From Hemiscyllium ocellatum (taxonomy: Eukaryota), in NCBI RefSeq assembly GCF_020745735.1, contig NC_083417.1:48360001-48424000 (forward strand): a stretch of 64,000 nucleotides of DNA. The letters run 5' to 3'. This document shows, one piece after another, positions 37,558 to 50,028 of the stretch (the stretch's first letter is position 1; each line of letters begins with the position of its first letter). Position numbers and translations under genes: made by a program. Below the pieces are notes generated by a model that had not been told where the DNA came from, ran no database searches, and worked only from the letters and a program-made list of their open reading frames with translations.

Positions 37558-38746
37558 AGAGTTATACAGATATACAGCATGGAATCAGATCCCCTGTCCA
37601 ACTCATCCATGCCCACTAGATATATAAATTAATCTAGTCTCATTTGCCAGCATTTGGCCCATATCCCTTTAAACTTTTCCTATTCATATACCTATCCAGA
37701 AGCCTTTTAAATGTTGCACATGAGAAATTGTATCTCATGAACTTGATTGAGTTTTTTGAAGAAGTAGCAAAGAGGATAGATGAGGGCACAGCAGTGGACA
37801 CAATCTACATAGACTTCAGTGAGACGTTCAACAAGGACCCTCATGGTGGACTGGTTAGCAAGATTAGATCACATGGAATAGAGGGAGAACTAGCTATTTG
37901 GACACAAAACTGGCTCAAAGGTAGAAGACAGAGGGTGGTGGTGGAGGGCTGCTTTTCAGACTGGAGGCTTATGTCTAGCAGTGTGCCACAAGGATTGGGG
38001 CTAGGTCCACTGCTTTTCATCATTTATATAAATGATCTGCTTGTGAACATAAGAGGTATGGTTAGTAAGTTTGCTGGTGACACCAAAATTGGAGATGTAA
38101 TGGGCAGTGAAGAAGGTTACCTGAGAGTACAATAGGATCTTGATCAGATGGTCCAATGGGCTGAGGAGTGGCACATGGAGTTTAAGTTAGTTAAGTGTGA
38201 GGTGCTGCATTTTGGAAAGGCAAATCAGGGCAGGACTTATACACTTAATGGCAAGGTCATGGGGAGTGTCGCTGAACAAAGAGAACGCATAGTGCAGGTT
38301 CATATTACTTAAAGAAGGTGTATGGTATGCCTGTCTTTATTGGTCAGTGCATTGAATATAGGAGTTGAGAGGTCATGTTATGGTTGTACAAGACTTTGGA
38401 ACACTGTGTACAATTCTTGTCTCCCTGCAATCGGAAGGTCATTGTGAAATTTTAAGGGTTCAGAAAAGAATGTTGCCAGGGTTGAAAGGTTTGAGCTATC
38501 GGGAGAGGCTGAATAAACTTGGGCTGTTTTCTCTGGAGCATCAAAGGCTGATGGGTGACCTTACAGAGGTTTATAAAATCATGACGCACATGGGTAGGAT
38601 AAATAAACGAAGCCTTTTCCTAGGTTGAGGAGTCCAAAACTAGAGGGCATAGGTTTAAGGTGAGGGGGAAAAGATTTAAAAGGGACTTGAGGGGCAACAT
38701 TTTCACACAGAGGGTGATGCATGTATGAAATGAGCTGCTAGAGGAA
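37558..38746. mobile_element. HER1/CR1 LINE with internal inversion: tail on minus (37558-37718), RT body on plus (37719-38746)
   Basis: NLIEFFEEV...YIDFSETFNK...VPQG.GLGPLLFIIYINDL...KFAGDTKIG on plus; antisense 3' tail to its left. Confidence 0.92.
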
Positions 38747-40191
38747 CTTTGTACAGAGTCAGAGTCACTGTCGATAATTGGGACATGTATTGATAGAAGA
38801 TTGACAACAAATGAGAACTGGAATTGCCCCGAGTGGCATGCCCACATCCATACTCCCTTCTGTTATAATCCTTCATAAATTAGCCCACTTTTCTACTCGA
38901 TCCATTTTCTGCAGTGTAGGAAATATTAACAAGCTACCCCAGTAATCCTTCTATTTAATCATCTTCACTTGGCCAGCAAAAGACTGTCACGTTGACCATT
39001 TTTGCCCCAAATCCTACCTCCTTCCCATTCTAATCAACCTTGTGGATCACCCATCCTTCCACCTGCTGAACCTCTATCCTTTTCCTGTAATGCATCATGC
39101 TAGCAGAGGACGTGTACATGTGTCCATATCACTGTTATTATAACATTAACTCCTTGCCACCATACCAACCAATACCTCTGCCTGCCATACCTCTAGCTAC
39201 TGCAACACACTGCTAGAGGGTAACAATGGAGATCCTAGCTACTTACCTTAACACACAAATGCTGAAATTTCCTTTTCCTCCTCATAACTGCACAGAAATT
39301 TGACTTCTTCCAAATAGTGATAAATAACATGCCCATCAATGCAACAGAAATAGCCCTTAGCTCATACAAATTTCACTTCCATAGCCATCTAATCCTCCTC
39401 CTCAAAGCATTAAAACCGGCTCTGGAAAATGGTTTCATCACCATTAACTATTTGATCACTATCAACTCCTTGGTCCTCCATTATTTTTATTCATCTCCAC
39501 CCTTAAATATTTTCTCCTTTAAAGTCTCCATTCACATTAACCATCTGTTTTCCTCCCTCTTGTTCTCCAAACCCTGTACTTTTGCAAACCTTTTCTTCCT
39601 TATCATGTCATGCCCAACTCTCTCTTCCTTTTTTCTTTCTTCCCTATTCACATCTCCCATCTATGCTGCTCCCCTCTCTCCTTTTATTATTTTATTTCTC
39701 TTTTCTTTCTTTTCCCCCCTTCTTTATCCATCTGTACTAATGAACCTTCTTCATTCCCTTATCTTGGGTTCAGTTAACTTCTGCCCCTCTAATCCTACTT
39801 GATCTGAAGGCAGCATTTGGTCCTGATTCTGAACAATGAGTAACATATAACTACCTCAAACCTAAATTGCATTCCAGTTTCTGTAAAACTTAAGCAGATG
39901 TCAGATTTCTATTAAACATAACTCCACTGATTTAAAAATGATAGCTAGTGTAAGTAATTTTAAATATTTCTCTACTTTGTACAGTACAGTTTAATAATCC
40001 ATAAATGTACATCCACTACCATTTGGTCTTCAATAAATAGTATCCTCATTGTAGGGAATTATTTCCTAACATTTTAATGTAACCATCTTTGCTGAAATTA
40101 GAATGCATTTGTTATTTTATTTGTATTAATGATATTCCCACATAATTTAAGTAATCAAATTAATATTTCATTAATGATAGATCATTTAGAT

Positions 40192-40502
40192 TAGATTAGA
40201 TTACTTACAGTGTGGAAACAGGCCCTTCGGCCCAACAAGTCCACACCGACCCGCTGAAGCGCAACCCACCCATACCCCAACATATACCCCTTACCTAACA
40301 CTACGGGCAATTTAGCATGGCCAATTCACCTGACCCGCACATCTTTGGACTGTGGGAGGAAACCGGAGCACCCGGAGGAAACCCACGCAGACACGGGGAG
40401 AACGTGCAAACTCCACACAATCAGTCGCCTGAGGCGGGAATTGAACCCAGGTCCCTGGCGCTGAGAGGCAGCAGTGCTAACCACTGTGCCACCGTGCCGC
40501 CC
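40192..40502 (-). mobile_element. Young HE1-type V-SINE
   Basis: Minus strand gggcggcacggtggcacagtggttagc..., CpGs retained, (tctaa)n tail, TSD catttagat 40183-40191 / 40506-40514. Confidence 0.96.
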
Positions 40503-41242
40503 AAACATTTAGATAATGTTTGATACATTAATAATATGTAACTTCAAATAACCATATTCCTGTGTCATTTAAATATATAGTTCTCATTAAATGTGAACTA
40601 AAAGAAGCAGATAAATTTAAAAATAATATTTGAAGAAATCTTCTGAATGACTTACCAACGTTCGCTATCAGCTGATATTCAAAAATGACTGATATGTCAT
40701 TAGCGTTAACTGTATTGTATATTTATATTGAGTGTAATTCTGGTTTATGCTTTATCATTAAATCAATTACAATTCATGAAAATTTGCACTTTAACAGAAA
40801 CAAAGCTCAATCCTGGGGAGGTCCACATAAAACTTTGGCAGAGCAAGGTGTGTAGAAAATCAATAAGGTTTCACAACCCTCATTCTTCTTATCTGCTCTG
40901 TCTTCACCACAACCTCTTTCACTACAATTTCTTGATCCTGTTCCAGCTCTTGGCACCTTTCATCTTTCCCACTTCTCATCTCTGTACTGAGTGCTTAGTG
41001 CTCCGAAGAACTTATAGGAAGTACAAGTCATAGCCATCTCCTCCTACCTACTGGGATAAACCTCCCTTTCCTCCAAACACACCTCCCCTTGTTTACCAGA
41101 GACCCCCTTCCATACTCCCACATTAAGTAATACCTTCGCTAAATATCTAGCAAAGACCACACATACAAATTTCACATAACCCTTATTCTTGGAAACTAGT
41201 TTCCAGTCTCACATCTGTAAACATCTTTCCATAACTCTGCAT

Positions 41243-42170
41243 AGACTCAGAGAGATTTACAGCATGGAAACAGACCCTTCAGTCCAACTCATCCATGCCG
41301 ACTAGATATCCTAACCAAATCTAATCTAGTCCCACTTGCCAGCACTTGCCCACATCCCTCCAAACCCTTTCTACTTATATACCCACCCAGATGCCTTTTA
41401 AATTCTGTAATTGTACCAGCCTCCACCACGTTCTCTGGCAGCTCATTCTATGCACGCACCACCCTCTGTGTGAAAAAGTTGCGCCTTAGGTTCTTTTTAT
41501 ATCTTTCCCCTCTCACTCTAAACCTATGCCCTGTGGTTCTAGTCCCCCTCACCCCAGGTGAAAGACCTTGTCTGTTTATCCTATTCATGACCCTCATGAT
41601 TTTATAAACCTCTAGAACATCACTCCTCAGCCTCTGACACTCCAGGGAAAACAGTCCCAGCCATTTCAGCCTCTCCCTATTGTTCAAATTCTCCAAACCT
41701 GGCAACATCCTTGTAAATCTTTTCTGAACCTTTTCAAGTTTCACAACATCCTTCCGAACGGAAGGACACCAGAATTGCACGCAATATTCCAAGAGTGGTC
41801 TAACCAATGTCCTGTACAGCTGTAACATGACCTCCCATCTCCTATACTCAATGCTCTGAACAATAAAGGAAAGCATACCAAACGCCTTCTTCACTATTCT
41901 ATCTATCCGCGACTCTATTTTCAAGGAACTATGAACCCACATTCCAAGATCTCTTTGTTCAGCAATATTCCCCAGGGTAAGTGTATAAGTCCTGCTATGC
42001 TTTGCTTTTCCAAAATGCAGCACCTCGCATTTATCTAAATTAAACTCTATCTGCCACTCCTCAGCCCACTGGCCCATCTGATCAAGATCCCATTGTACTC
42101 TAAGGTAACCTTCTTCACTGCACTGCACCTCCAATTTTGGTGTCATCTGCAAAATTACTAAATATACCTC
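41243..42170 (-). mobile_element. HER1/CR1 LINE, 5'-truncated (ORF 41448-42260)
   Basis: WAEEWQIEFNLDKCEVLHFG...LYRTLVRPLLEYCVQFW...FFTQRVV plus antisense tail. Confidence 0.95.
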
Positions 42171-42237
42171 CCAAGACCTTTCCAAATACACTGCAAAATT
42201 CCCACAATTCTTCTCCCATACATCCAAAATAACCTCA

Positions 42238-42410
42238 AGAGTGTGGTGCTGGAAAAGCACAGTAGCTCAGGCAGCATCCAAGGAGCAGGAGAGTTGATGT
42301 TTTGGGCAAAGGCCCTTCATCAGAAAGGGTGCTGGAAGTCCTTTCCCAGCACCACACTCTCATCTCTAATCTCCAGCATCTGCATTCCTCACTTTCACCT
42401 CCTTTTTTAT
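42238..42410 (+). mobile_element. Palindromic PLE-end insertion (family A) with a partly deleted forward arm
   Basis: agagtgtggtgctgg / ccagcaccacactct arms; HHR relic on minus 42295-42325; TSD caaaataacctca 42225-42237 / caaaataatctca 42411-42423. Confidence 0.8.
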
Positions 42411-42561
42411 CAAAATAATCTCACCAACTGACTCTTGTCAATATTTCCATTTTTCTCCAACCTCAACCTGTCAATTTTTCCTTATGTTCTTCTATCACAT
42501 GAACATTAAGAAAGTTAAATCTTAAAAATTACTAGAATGAAGAACAAACAATTTAACAAGT

Positions 42562-42675
42562 TCGGATGAAAAATGCCATCAATGTAAAAACCTTGACTTA
42601 ATTCCTCTCTCCAAAGATTTGACCCTGCTGCATATTTCTAGCAATTTCTGTTTTTATTTCAGATTTCCATCATTA
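42562..42675 (+). mobile_element. Very old PLE-end relic (family D)
   Basis: ggatgaaa...ctctctccaaagat...catatttctagcaatttctgtttttatttcagatttcca, antisense to the 22058-22090 motif. Confidence 0.5.
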
Positions 42676-42919
42676 ACAAAATTTTCCTTTGATAATGTGA
42701 TTGCTTTACAACGTTCACATAAAAGCAGGCATGAATATAATTTGAATCTAAGCTGTCAACACCAAAATAAACTTTTATTCAAAGAGCAATGAACCATATC
42801 CCGTAGCAACAGAAAGGATGAGGGATTTCAGGATTATGCTCTCCAAGAGGTATTTCTAGATGGAAAAAGCAAAAAAGATAACGTTAAGAGAAAATCTGCT
42901 GGAAATTTGGAGATGTAAC

Positions 42920-44045
42920 CAGCAGAGTTGATAAGGGGGAGCCGTTGGATGTTGTTTACTTCGACTTTCAGAAGACTTTTGATAAGGTCCCACATCAAAA
43001 TTTGCATGTAAGATTAAAGCACATGGGATTGAGGTAGTGTACTAAAATGGATAGAGAACTTGGTGGCAGACAGGAAACAAAGAGTGACAGGCTGTAATTA
43101 TTGTGGTACCACAGGGATCAGAACTTGGATCCTAGTTATTCTCCATATACATTATTTAGATGGGGGAACTAACTGTAGTATCTCCAAGTTTGTTGTTGAC
43201 ACAAAGCTGGTAGGCACGGTGAACTGTGCGGAGGATGCAGAGATGTGATTGGACAAGCTGAGTGAGTGGCAAATGCAAGGTAGATGACATAAGATGTCAA
43301 TAAATATGAGGTTTGTAGTAAAAACTTTGTTCATAAAAGCAGGAAGGCAGATTATTATCTGAATGACACTAGGTTTGGAAAGAGGGAGCTGCAATTCGAC
43401 CTAGTCAGTTGCTGAAAGTAAGCGTGCTAGTGCAACAGTCAATGAAGAAGGCAAATATTATGTAGATCTTCATGGTGAGACAATTCAAGTACAGGAGCAG
43501 GAATGTCTTGCTGCAATTGGAAGGCCTTGGTAAGATCAAAATTTTAATCTCGTTATCTGCAGAAAGATGTTCTGACTATGGAGCAAATGTCATGAAGGTT
43601 TACCAGACTGCTTTCTGGGATAACAGGACTGATATATGAAGAGAGACTGGAATGGTTAAGACCATATTCGCTGGAGTTCAGAAGAATAAGGGTGGATGTC
43701 ACAGAAACCTATAAAATGCTAACAGGACTAGACAGGGTAAATGTAGGAAGGATGTTCCTGATGACCAGGAAGTCCAGGTCCAGGGGTCATAGTCTAAGGA
43801 TATGGGATAGGCCTTTGAGGACGGAGATGAGGTGGAATATCTTCAGAGTATTGTGAGCATGTAGAATTCTCTGCCATAAAACTTTTAAGTCCGAAATATT
43901 TTCAAGAAGGAGTTAGATATCGTTCTTAGGGCTAAAAGCATCAAAATGCATGAGGAGAAAGCAGGAACACAATACTGAGAACACATACTGAAGGGCAGAG
44001 CAGACGGAGGGGCCAAATGGCCTACTCTTGTTCCTATATTCTGTG
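42920..44045 (+). mobile_element. Decayed CR1 LINE, RT to tail
   Basis: DVVYFDFQKTFDKVPH, ISKFVVDTKL, tail ggccaaatggcctactcttgttcct. Confidence 0.88.
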
Positions 44046-46744
44046 ATCTGTCACCTGAGAATATGGATTATTTGGCTCAAAGCGACATGAGGCAAATACA
44101 ATAACAATTTTATAAAGTGCTTGAGAAAAAGACTTTGAACTTTAATTATTGCATACTGAATGTTACTGTGCTACGTTATTGATATTTTGGTTTTGCTTGT
44201 ATCTGGGATCATGTCAACTTTCAAAAGATAAAATGGAGTAATGCTGGAAAATAATTTGAGGAACACTGTGTTCAGAGCTTGAGTGAAGGCAGAATCTATC
44301 TAGCTAGAGTGAAGGAATATTAATAAAAACAATACAGTTCCTGACATCAAGCAGGATGGTTGCTATTGGAGGATAAGCATTATATCCATAAATATCACAC
44401 CAAAATATTAATCACCAATATCCTCAGGACAACCATCTTCAGCTTTATTAACAAACTTCTTCAACTGAGAACAACTTTTCTTTTGGCTTAATTAATTTCT
44501 TCAGTTTACATCACTTGTGAACACTTGGCAACTTTGCTCAGCCTTTGCTAACAGTTTGTTAATATGTACCAACTTCTCTATTTCTATTTATTTGGTGATG
44601 GCATTGGAATCTGCAGCTTTTTTTAAGCTGATGAAGCAGACACTAGTCAAAGTGAAGCAGGTTATAAAACCAAAAATATTAGCATTACTGCAAATCTTTT
44701 TGCATCATTTGGAATTTTTAAAACTTGAAATGACTTAAGGTGAGCACAACCTTGAAGGGCCCAGATTTGCTGTTAACAATAAAGCAAACAGCGGCCACCT
44801 TTACTTATGTATAAATGATGATAAGAAAAGAATAATGAAGCGAAATGCAAACTCTTAAAAGAGCTGTTCCAGTTGCATTGGTATCAATCATTAGTATCGT
44901 GGATAGTATATTTTGTCACCTGCCTCCCCATTGACAGGTGTTGAATATATGAACTTGCTTTATTTGCATGGCAGATATAAACCAAACCAATACATAGTGT
45001 AATCCCATTTTTATCAATATAATGACTATTACTTACTTTCAATAAAACTCTGGAACAGAAAATTAAATATTAAAAATGTGGAGACTCAATCCTTTAGGTT
45101 TTGAATGTTTGAAAGGGGCTTCAGAAATGTCAATTTTTATAGTTTACATTCATTGTTCTTACTTGTCCTTTTCATCTCTTTGTCTCACATTTTCCTTCCC
45201 TTTCTGTACTCGATTTGCCACTGAATTCACCCACTCTAATTCATACTCTTTTCTCAGTCCATCCTATGTTTAATTTACAATTGTTAAATCTCATTGGTTA
45301 AGGAGATGCCCTATGTGGTGTTCTATTAACACTGATCAAAAATGTCTGTTTCCCTCCCTGGATAATAATCTGAAAAAAATTTTTTAAAGATCTTTCTAAA
45401 GCTTCTCAAGTGGACAACCTCCAAACACCAGATTGTTTTGAAATGTTTTCAATCCTCTATTGTTAATTAACACATTCTAATGATTCAAATTGAAATCTGG
45501 AACCAGCTCACATTTTTAGAAGACACACATTATATCAGCTGAAGGGTACAAAACCAAGTCTAACTAACTAACTGACCTTGGATAACAAAATCTGGCATTT
45601 TTGTTGGTCAATGTATTGTATCCTAAAAGCTGACATTCAATTTGTTTCAGTTCTGAGCTAATCATTCTTCAATCAGGATTAAGTGAACTGAATGGTTGTT
45701 TATAGCAGCATTTCAGTTATTACCTGACTTACAAGAAGCCTTAAATGCAGAAATGAGTTCCAAAAGGCTCAAGCAAGGACAACAAGCAATGAATGCCCTT
45801 CAGTCAAGAAGAGTAAGGTTCAGCTAGCCTTCCTGTTCAATTATGTTAATACTCTGCTACTAATCAGTCTAGAATCATTTGCAAAGAGTGTCCAATTCAT
45901 TGAACTATGGAAGGATTGGTATTGCTAATATAACTTTTAGAGGTGGACAAGGAAAATGGTTGAAAAGAATTTTCATTATTGTAGATGATCAATTAACTAT
46001 TAAAATGAACTTTTCTCAATCTATTAAATAGCACACTGCATGTGCTTCCAATTTTTAAATGATAAATTCTACTAAATTATTGTAATAATTACACTGAAAT
46101 TAAGAAAACAAATAATACTATAAAATAACATTGCATTTCAACTCTGTAGTTGATAAACACGATCAACATGAAAGAACGTCTTTGTTTACAATCCAATAAA
46201 TGTCCCACAAAACATTCTGTATATAATTTTAAAGAGTTTGTGACATACAGTTAGCAATTCAAGAACCACCGCTTCATATCCTGCCACAAGCAACGATGAA
46301 TGGTTACGTACAATAAAATAACTCACTGGTGGATGAGGTTGTACAAAAACCCCATCCTCAATGCTGGACAACATTCAGCCAGAACAGCCAAGTGGATGAC
46401 CCATCTTGGTTTCCTCCTGAGGTACCCATTATCAGATGCCAGTTGTCTGTCAATTTGACTCACTCAACATGCTACTAAAAAGTGGCTGAGGCATTGGATA
46501 CTGCAACGGCTATGCCCCTGACAACATTCCAGTAACAGTACTGATTATTTATGTTCCAAAACTGCTTCTAACCAATCTGTTCCAGTTACAACATTGGCAT
46601 CTACCTGACAATCTGAAAAACTAGTCAGGTTTGACCTGACCACAAAAAGCATAATGAATTCAACCCGGCCAATGACTGCCCTTTGGTCTGCTCTGAATAA
46701 TTAGAGTGATAGTCTTCAACAGTACTATCATGCTGCACTAAATC

Positions 46745-46954
46745 TGCAAATGTGTTGCTGGTCAAAGCACAGCAGGTTAGGCAGCATCTCAGGAATAGAG
46801 AATTCGACGTTTCGAGCATAAGCCCTTCCTGATGAAGGGCTTATGCTCGAAACGTCGAATTCTCTATTCCTGAGATGCTGCCTAACCTGCTGTGCTTTGA
46901 CCAGCAACACATTTGCAGCTGTGATCTCCAGCATCTGCAGACCTCATTTTTTAC
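46745..46954 (+). mobile_element. Young 210-bp palindromic PLE-derived mini-element (family A)
   Basis: Perfect 85-bp arms 46744-46828 / 46834-46918, 5-nt loop, 36-nt tail, perfect 14-bp TSD tgctgcactaaatc 46731-46744 / 46955-46968. Confidence 0.96.
46826..46859 (+). ncRNA. Minimal hammerhead ribozyme with intact core
   Basis: TTC CTGATGA A GGGC TTAT GCTC GAAAC GTC GAA; predicted cut after C46856. Confidence 0.85.
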
Positions 46955-47821
46955 TGCTGCACTAAATCAACAATCACCGACTCACTGGTAATCAGTTTAA
47001 GTTCCATCAGGTATACATAGCTCCTGAATTCATTACCATTTTGGTCAAACATGGACAAAAAAGTTGAATTAGAGAGGGAACAAGAGGGTGACTGCCCTCG
47101 ACTGATGATTACATAATGCTCAGTACCATTTGTGACTCCTCAGATACTGAAGCAGTCTATGTTTAAAAGCAGCAAGACTTGGACAACATTTGGATTCGGG
47201 CTGATACGATGCACGTAACATTTACGTATCTTCAGATTCAATGGCTTTACCATTACTAATCACCTACTATCAACATCACAGAAGTTACCATTGATCAGAA
47301 ATTGAACTGGATCAGCCATATAAATACTGTAGTTAAAAGAACAAGTCAGAATACTGCATGAACTCTCCTCTTGACTCATCAAAGACTGTCCATCATCTCC
47401 AAGGCACAAGTAAGGAATGTGATGAATAGTCCTTTTTTGCCTATGAATGCTGCTGTAATAATACTCAAGAGCCTTGACACCATCCAGGATAAAATAGTCT
47501 ACTTGATGGACACCCTTTCTAAATCTTCAACATTCACTTCATCCACTATAATTCAGTGTGGTAGTGAGCACCATCTACAAGACATGATGCAAAAACTTCA
47601 TCAAGACTCCAATGTCAGCACTTTTCAAACTCAATTTCTACAGCATCATTTTCAGGGAAAACCACCAGCTGCTGGTTCTCTTTTAAGCTACACACCATCT
47701 GGACTTGGGACGACCTCACTCCTGCTGCCCTGTTGTTGGATCAAGATCCTGGAAATCCTTCCTCAAAGATTGGTGTACCTACCTCTTATGGACTGCAGTG
47801 GTTCAAGAGGTAGCTTACCAT

Positions 47822-48085
47822 AAGGTCATGCAGCATGGAAACAAACCCTTCAGACCAACAAGTCCATGCTGACCACGTTCCCAAACTAAACTACTCCCAC
47901 CTGCCTGTGTTTGCCCCATATCCCTCCAAAGTTTTCCTATTCATGTACTTATCCAAAGGTCTTTTAAATGTTGTAACTATATCTTATCTACCATTTCCTC
48001 TGGCAGTTAATTCCATACACTAACCACTCTCTGTGTAAAAAAGTTGTCCGTCATGTCCTTTTTAAATCTTTCTTCTCTGGCCTTA
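47822..48085 (-). mobile_element. HER1/CR1 3' tail fragment
   Basis: cagcatggaaacaaacccttc...ctactcccacctgcc...accactctctgtgtaaaaaagttg. Confidence 0.85.
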
Positions 48086-48574
48086 TACATCACTTTCTCC
48101 AAGCCAACTATCAAATATGTTCAAACCATATTAAACAGCCAGGGTTTCCCACTAATAGGTACTCATTTTAACAGATAGTTGAAATTGTCAGAATAAACAT
48201 CTGATTACATCTTGCAAAATATAATGGTTGCAAAGTGTATACATCCTGTATTATTTGGCACATGCTCTCATTATATTCACTAGCAGCTTAATCAAGTTAG
48301 AGTACAGCAGCTGTTCAAACATATGACTTATTTGACTTATTTTGATAGTTTCATATTTCCAACATGAATGAAATCACAGTGACTAAGGAGAATGCAAAGC
48401 CCTTTACACTGCACCAAAATGGACAGATGACCTGCAGGGAATAAAGAAGTGGCTACACTAAGAAAGTTATTGTATTAGCTTACATAAATAGTTTAAGTGG
48501 ACATTTCCATTTACTTCCTCTAACAAACTTCAAAGCAAATCAGATTGTTCCAAATCCTCTCCTTGGACAGTTAC

Positions 48575-48737
48575 CTTGCATATGGCTTGCCAGTTCCTAC
48601 TTGACATATTGACTACATCAGTTAGTTCAGACAAACATTTCAAATGCAAGCTATTTAATTGGGTTGTGAAACAAGAAGTCTCTTCTTTGTTCAGTTTATA
48701 CAAGAGATTTCCTTCAGGATAGTTTGGACAGTGGATT
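48575..48737 (-). CDS. Candidate exon, 163 nt (IHCPNYPEG...MSSRNWQAICK)
   Basis: Acceptor ctatttcag, donor AAG|gtaact, open frame within ORF 48530-48817; peptide not recognised. Confidence 0.22.
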
Positions 48738-49235
48738 CTGAAATAGATTATAACAGAAACACAGCAGTACAGTTCTAACAGGAACAGACACAGCAAGAAG
48801 CATGAAAGCAAATGCATCTTATTCCCAATTCATCTGTTGCACATCAAAAAGTTCTATTATACAGTTTACCACAAATTTGCATATCCTGTTAAACTTTTTA
48901 ATTCATATGTTCAGCATGTTTGAAAAATAAGAATAATATGGATATAAAGAGGAAGCATTCCCTGTGAACTGATGATTATCAATCCAAGCTCAAAACTGAA
49001 CATTAGTATTTGCCATACGTTATTAAATAGCACTTCATTTGCAAAATTTCAAAATTACTTCCGCTGGGCACAAATTGAGAAAGGAAGAGATACTTGCATT
49101 GATGTTCTTTCTTAGCAATGTTCAAAGTGCTACACATAGAAATAATAAGGTACTATTTCCATATAAGTGAGTGTGACAGCAATTGTATATGCAGTAAAAT
49201 TCAACATAAGGCAGCTGATTTACTAAATCTTTTTT

Positions 49236-50028
49236 AAAAATCACACACCAGGTTATAGTCCAATAGATTTATTTGGATGCATTAGCTTTTGAAGTGCTGC
49301 TTCTTCATCAGGTGGTTGTGGGGTAGAATCATACACAGGATTGCAGTGTCATGGAATACAATAATAAACAAATTTAACTTGAGTCTTTCATCTTTTAGAA
49401 TCCCTACAATGTGGAAACAGGCCATTTGGCCCAAGTCCACAACAATCCTCCGAAGGATAGCTCAGCCAGACCCATTCCTGGGTCCTATTACTCTACATTT
49501 CCCCTGAATAATGCACCTAACCTACACATCCCTGAACACTATGGGCAATCTAGCATGGCCAATTCACCTACCCTGCACATCTCTGTGAGGAAACTGTTGG
49601 AGGAAACCAGACCACCCAGAGGAAAGCCACGCAGACATGGGAAGAATGTGCAAACTTCCCTTGGACAGTCACCCAAGGCTAGAATCGAACCTGGGTCTCT
49701 GGTGCTGTGAGGCAGCAGTGCTAACCACCGAGCCACCATGTAACCCATTTAGCCACAGTACTACCAAGTGATCATGTTAGTTTCAGTTCCAGTATGATCA
49801 TTCTAAAAGACGAAAGACTCAAGCTAAATTTGTTTAATATTACATTCCATGACACTGCAATCCTGTTGCTACAAATTCTGTGTCGTATGATTCTGCGACA
49901 CAACCACCTGATGAAGGAGCAGTGCTTCAAAAGCTAGTGCCTCCAACTAACCCTGTTGGACTATAACCTGGTGTTTATGTGATTTTTAACTTTGTCCATC
50001 CCAGTGCAACACCGGCACCTCTAAATCA
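49236..50028 (+). mobile_element. Palindromic PLE 3'-end insertion (family B) with two decayed HHRs
   Basis: Arms 49234-49401 / 49799-49989; CTGATGA at 49305-49311 (-) and 49908-49914 (+); TSD taaatctttttt 49224-49235 / 50029-50040. Confidence 0.9.
49402..49742 (-). mobile_element. HE1-type V-SINE nested in the PLE palindrome
   Basis: Antisense A/B boxes (ctaaccaccgagccacc; gaatcgaacc) and tail ccctacaatgtggaaacaggcc. Confidence 0.92.

Larger units (their letters stand above)
46240..47820 (+). mobile_element. Decayed CR1-like LINE (family of 1-800) hosting the mini palindrome
   Basis: ttggatactgcaacggctatgcccctgacaacattcc, gttaccattgatcagaaattgaactgg, ccatcatctccaaggcacaagtaaggaatgtgatg. 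Confidence 0.75.

Noticed and set aside
39317-39802. 161-aa hydrophobic ORF (similarly 9108-9551)
   Set aside because: Pyrimidine-rich low-complexity or decayed L2-like sequence; no protein features
46625-46934. Short ORFs over the palindrome, or a microRNA precursor
   Set aside because: Explained by the PLE-derived insertion; a perfect 85-bp stem with a TSD is not a typical pre-miRNA
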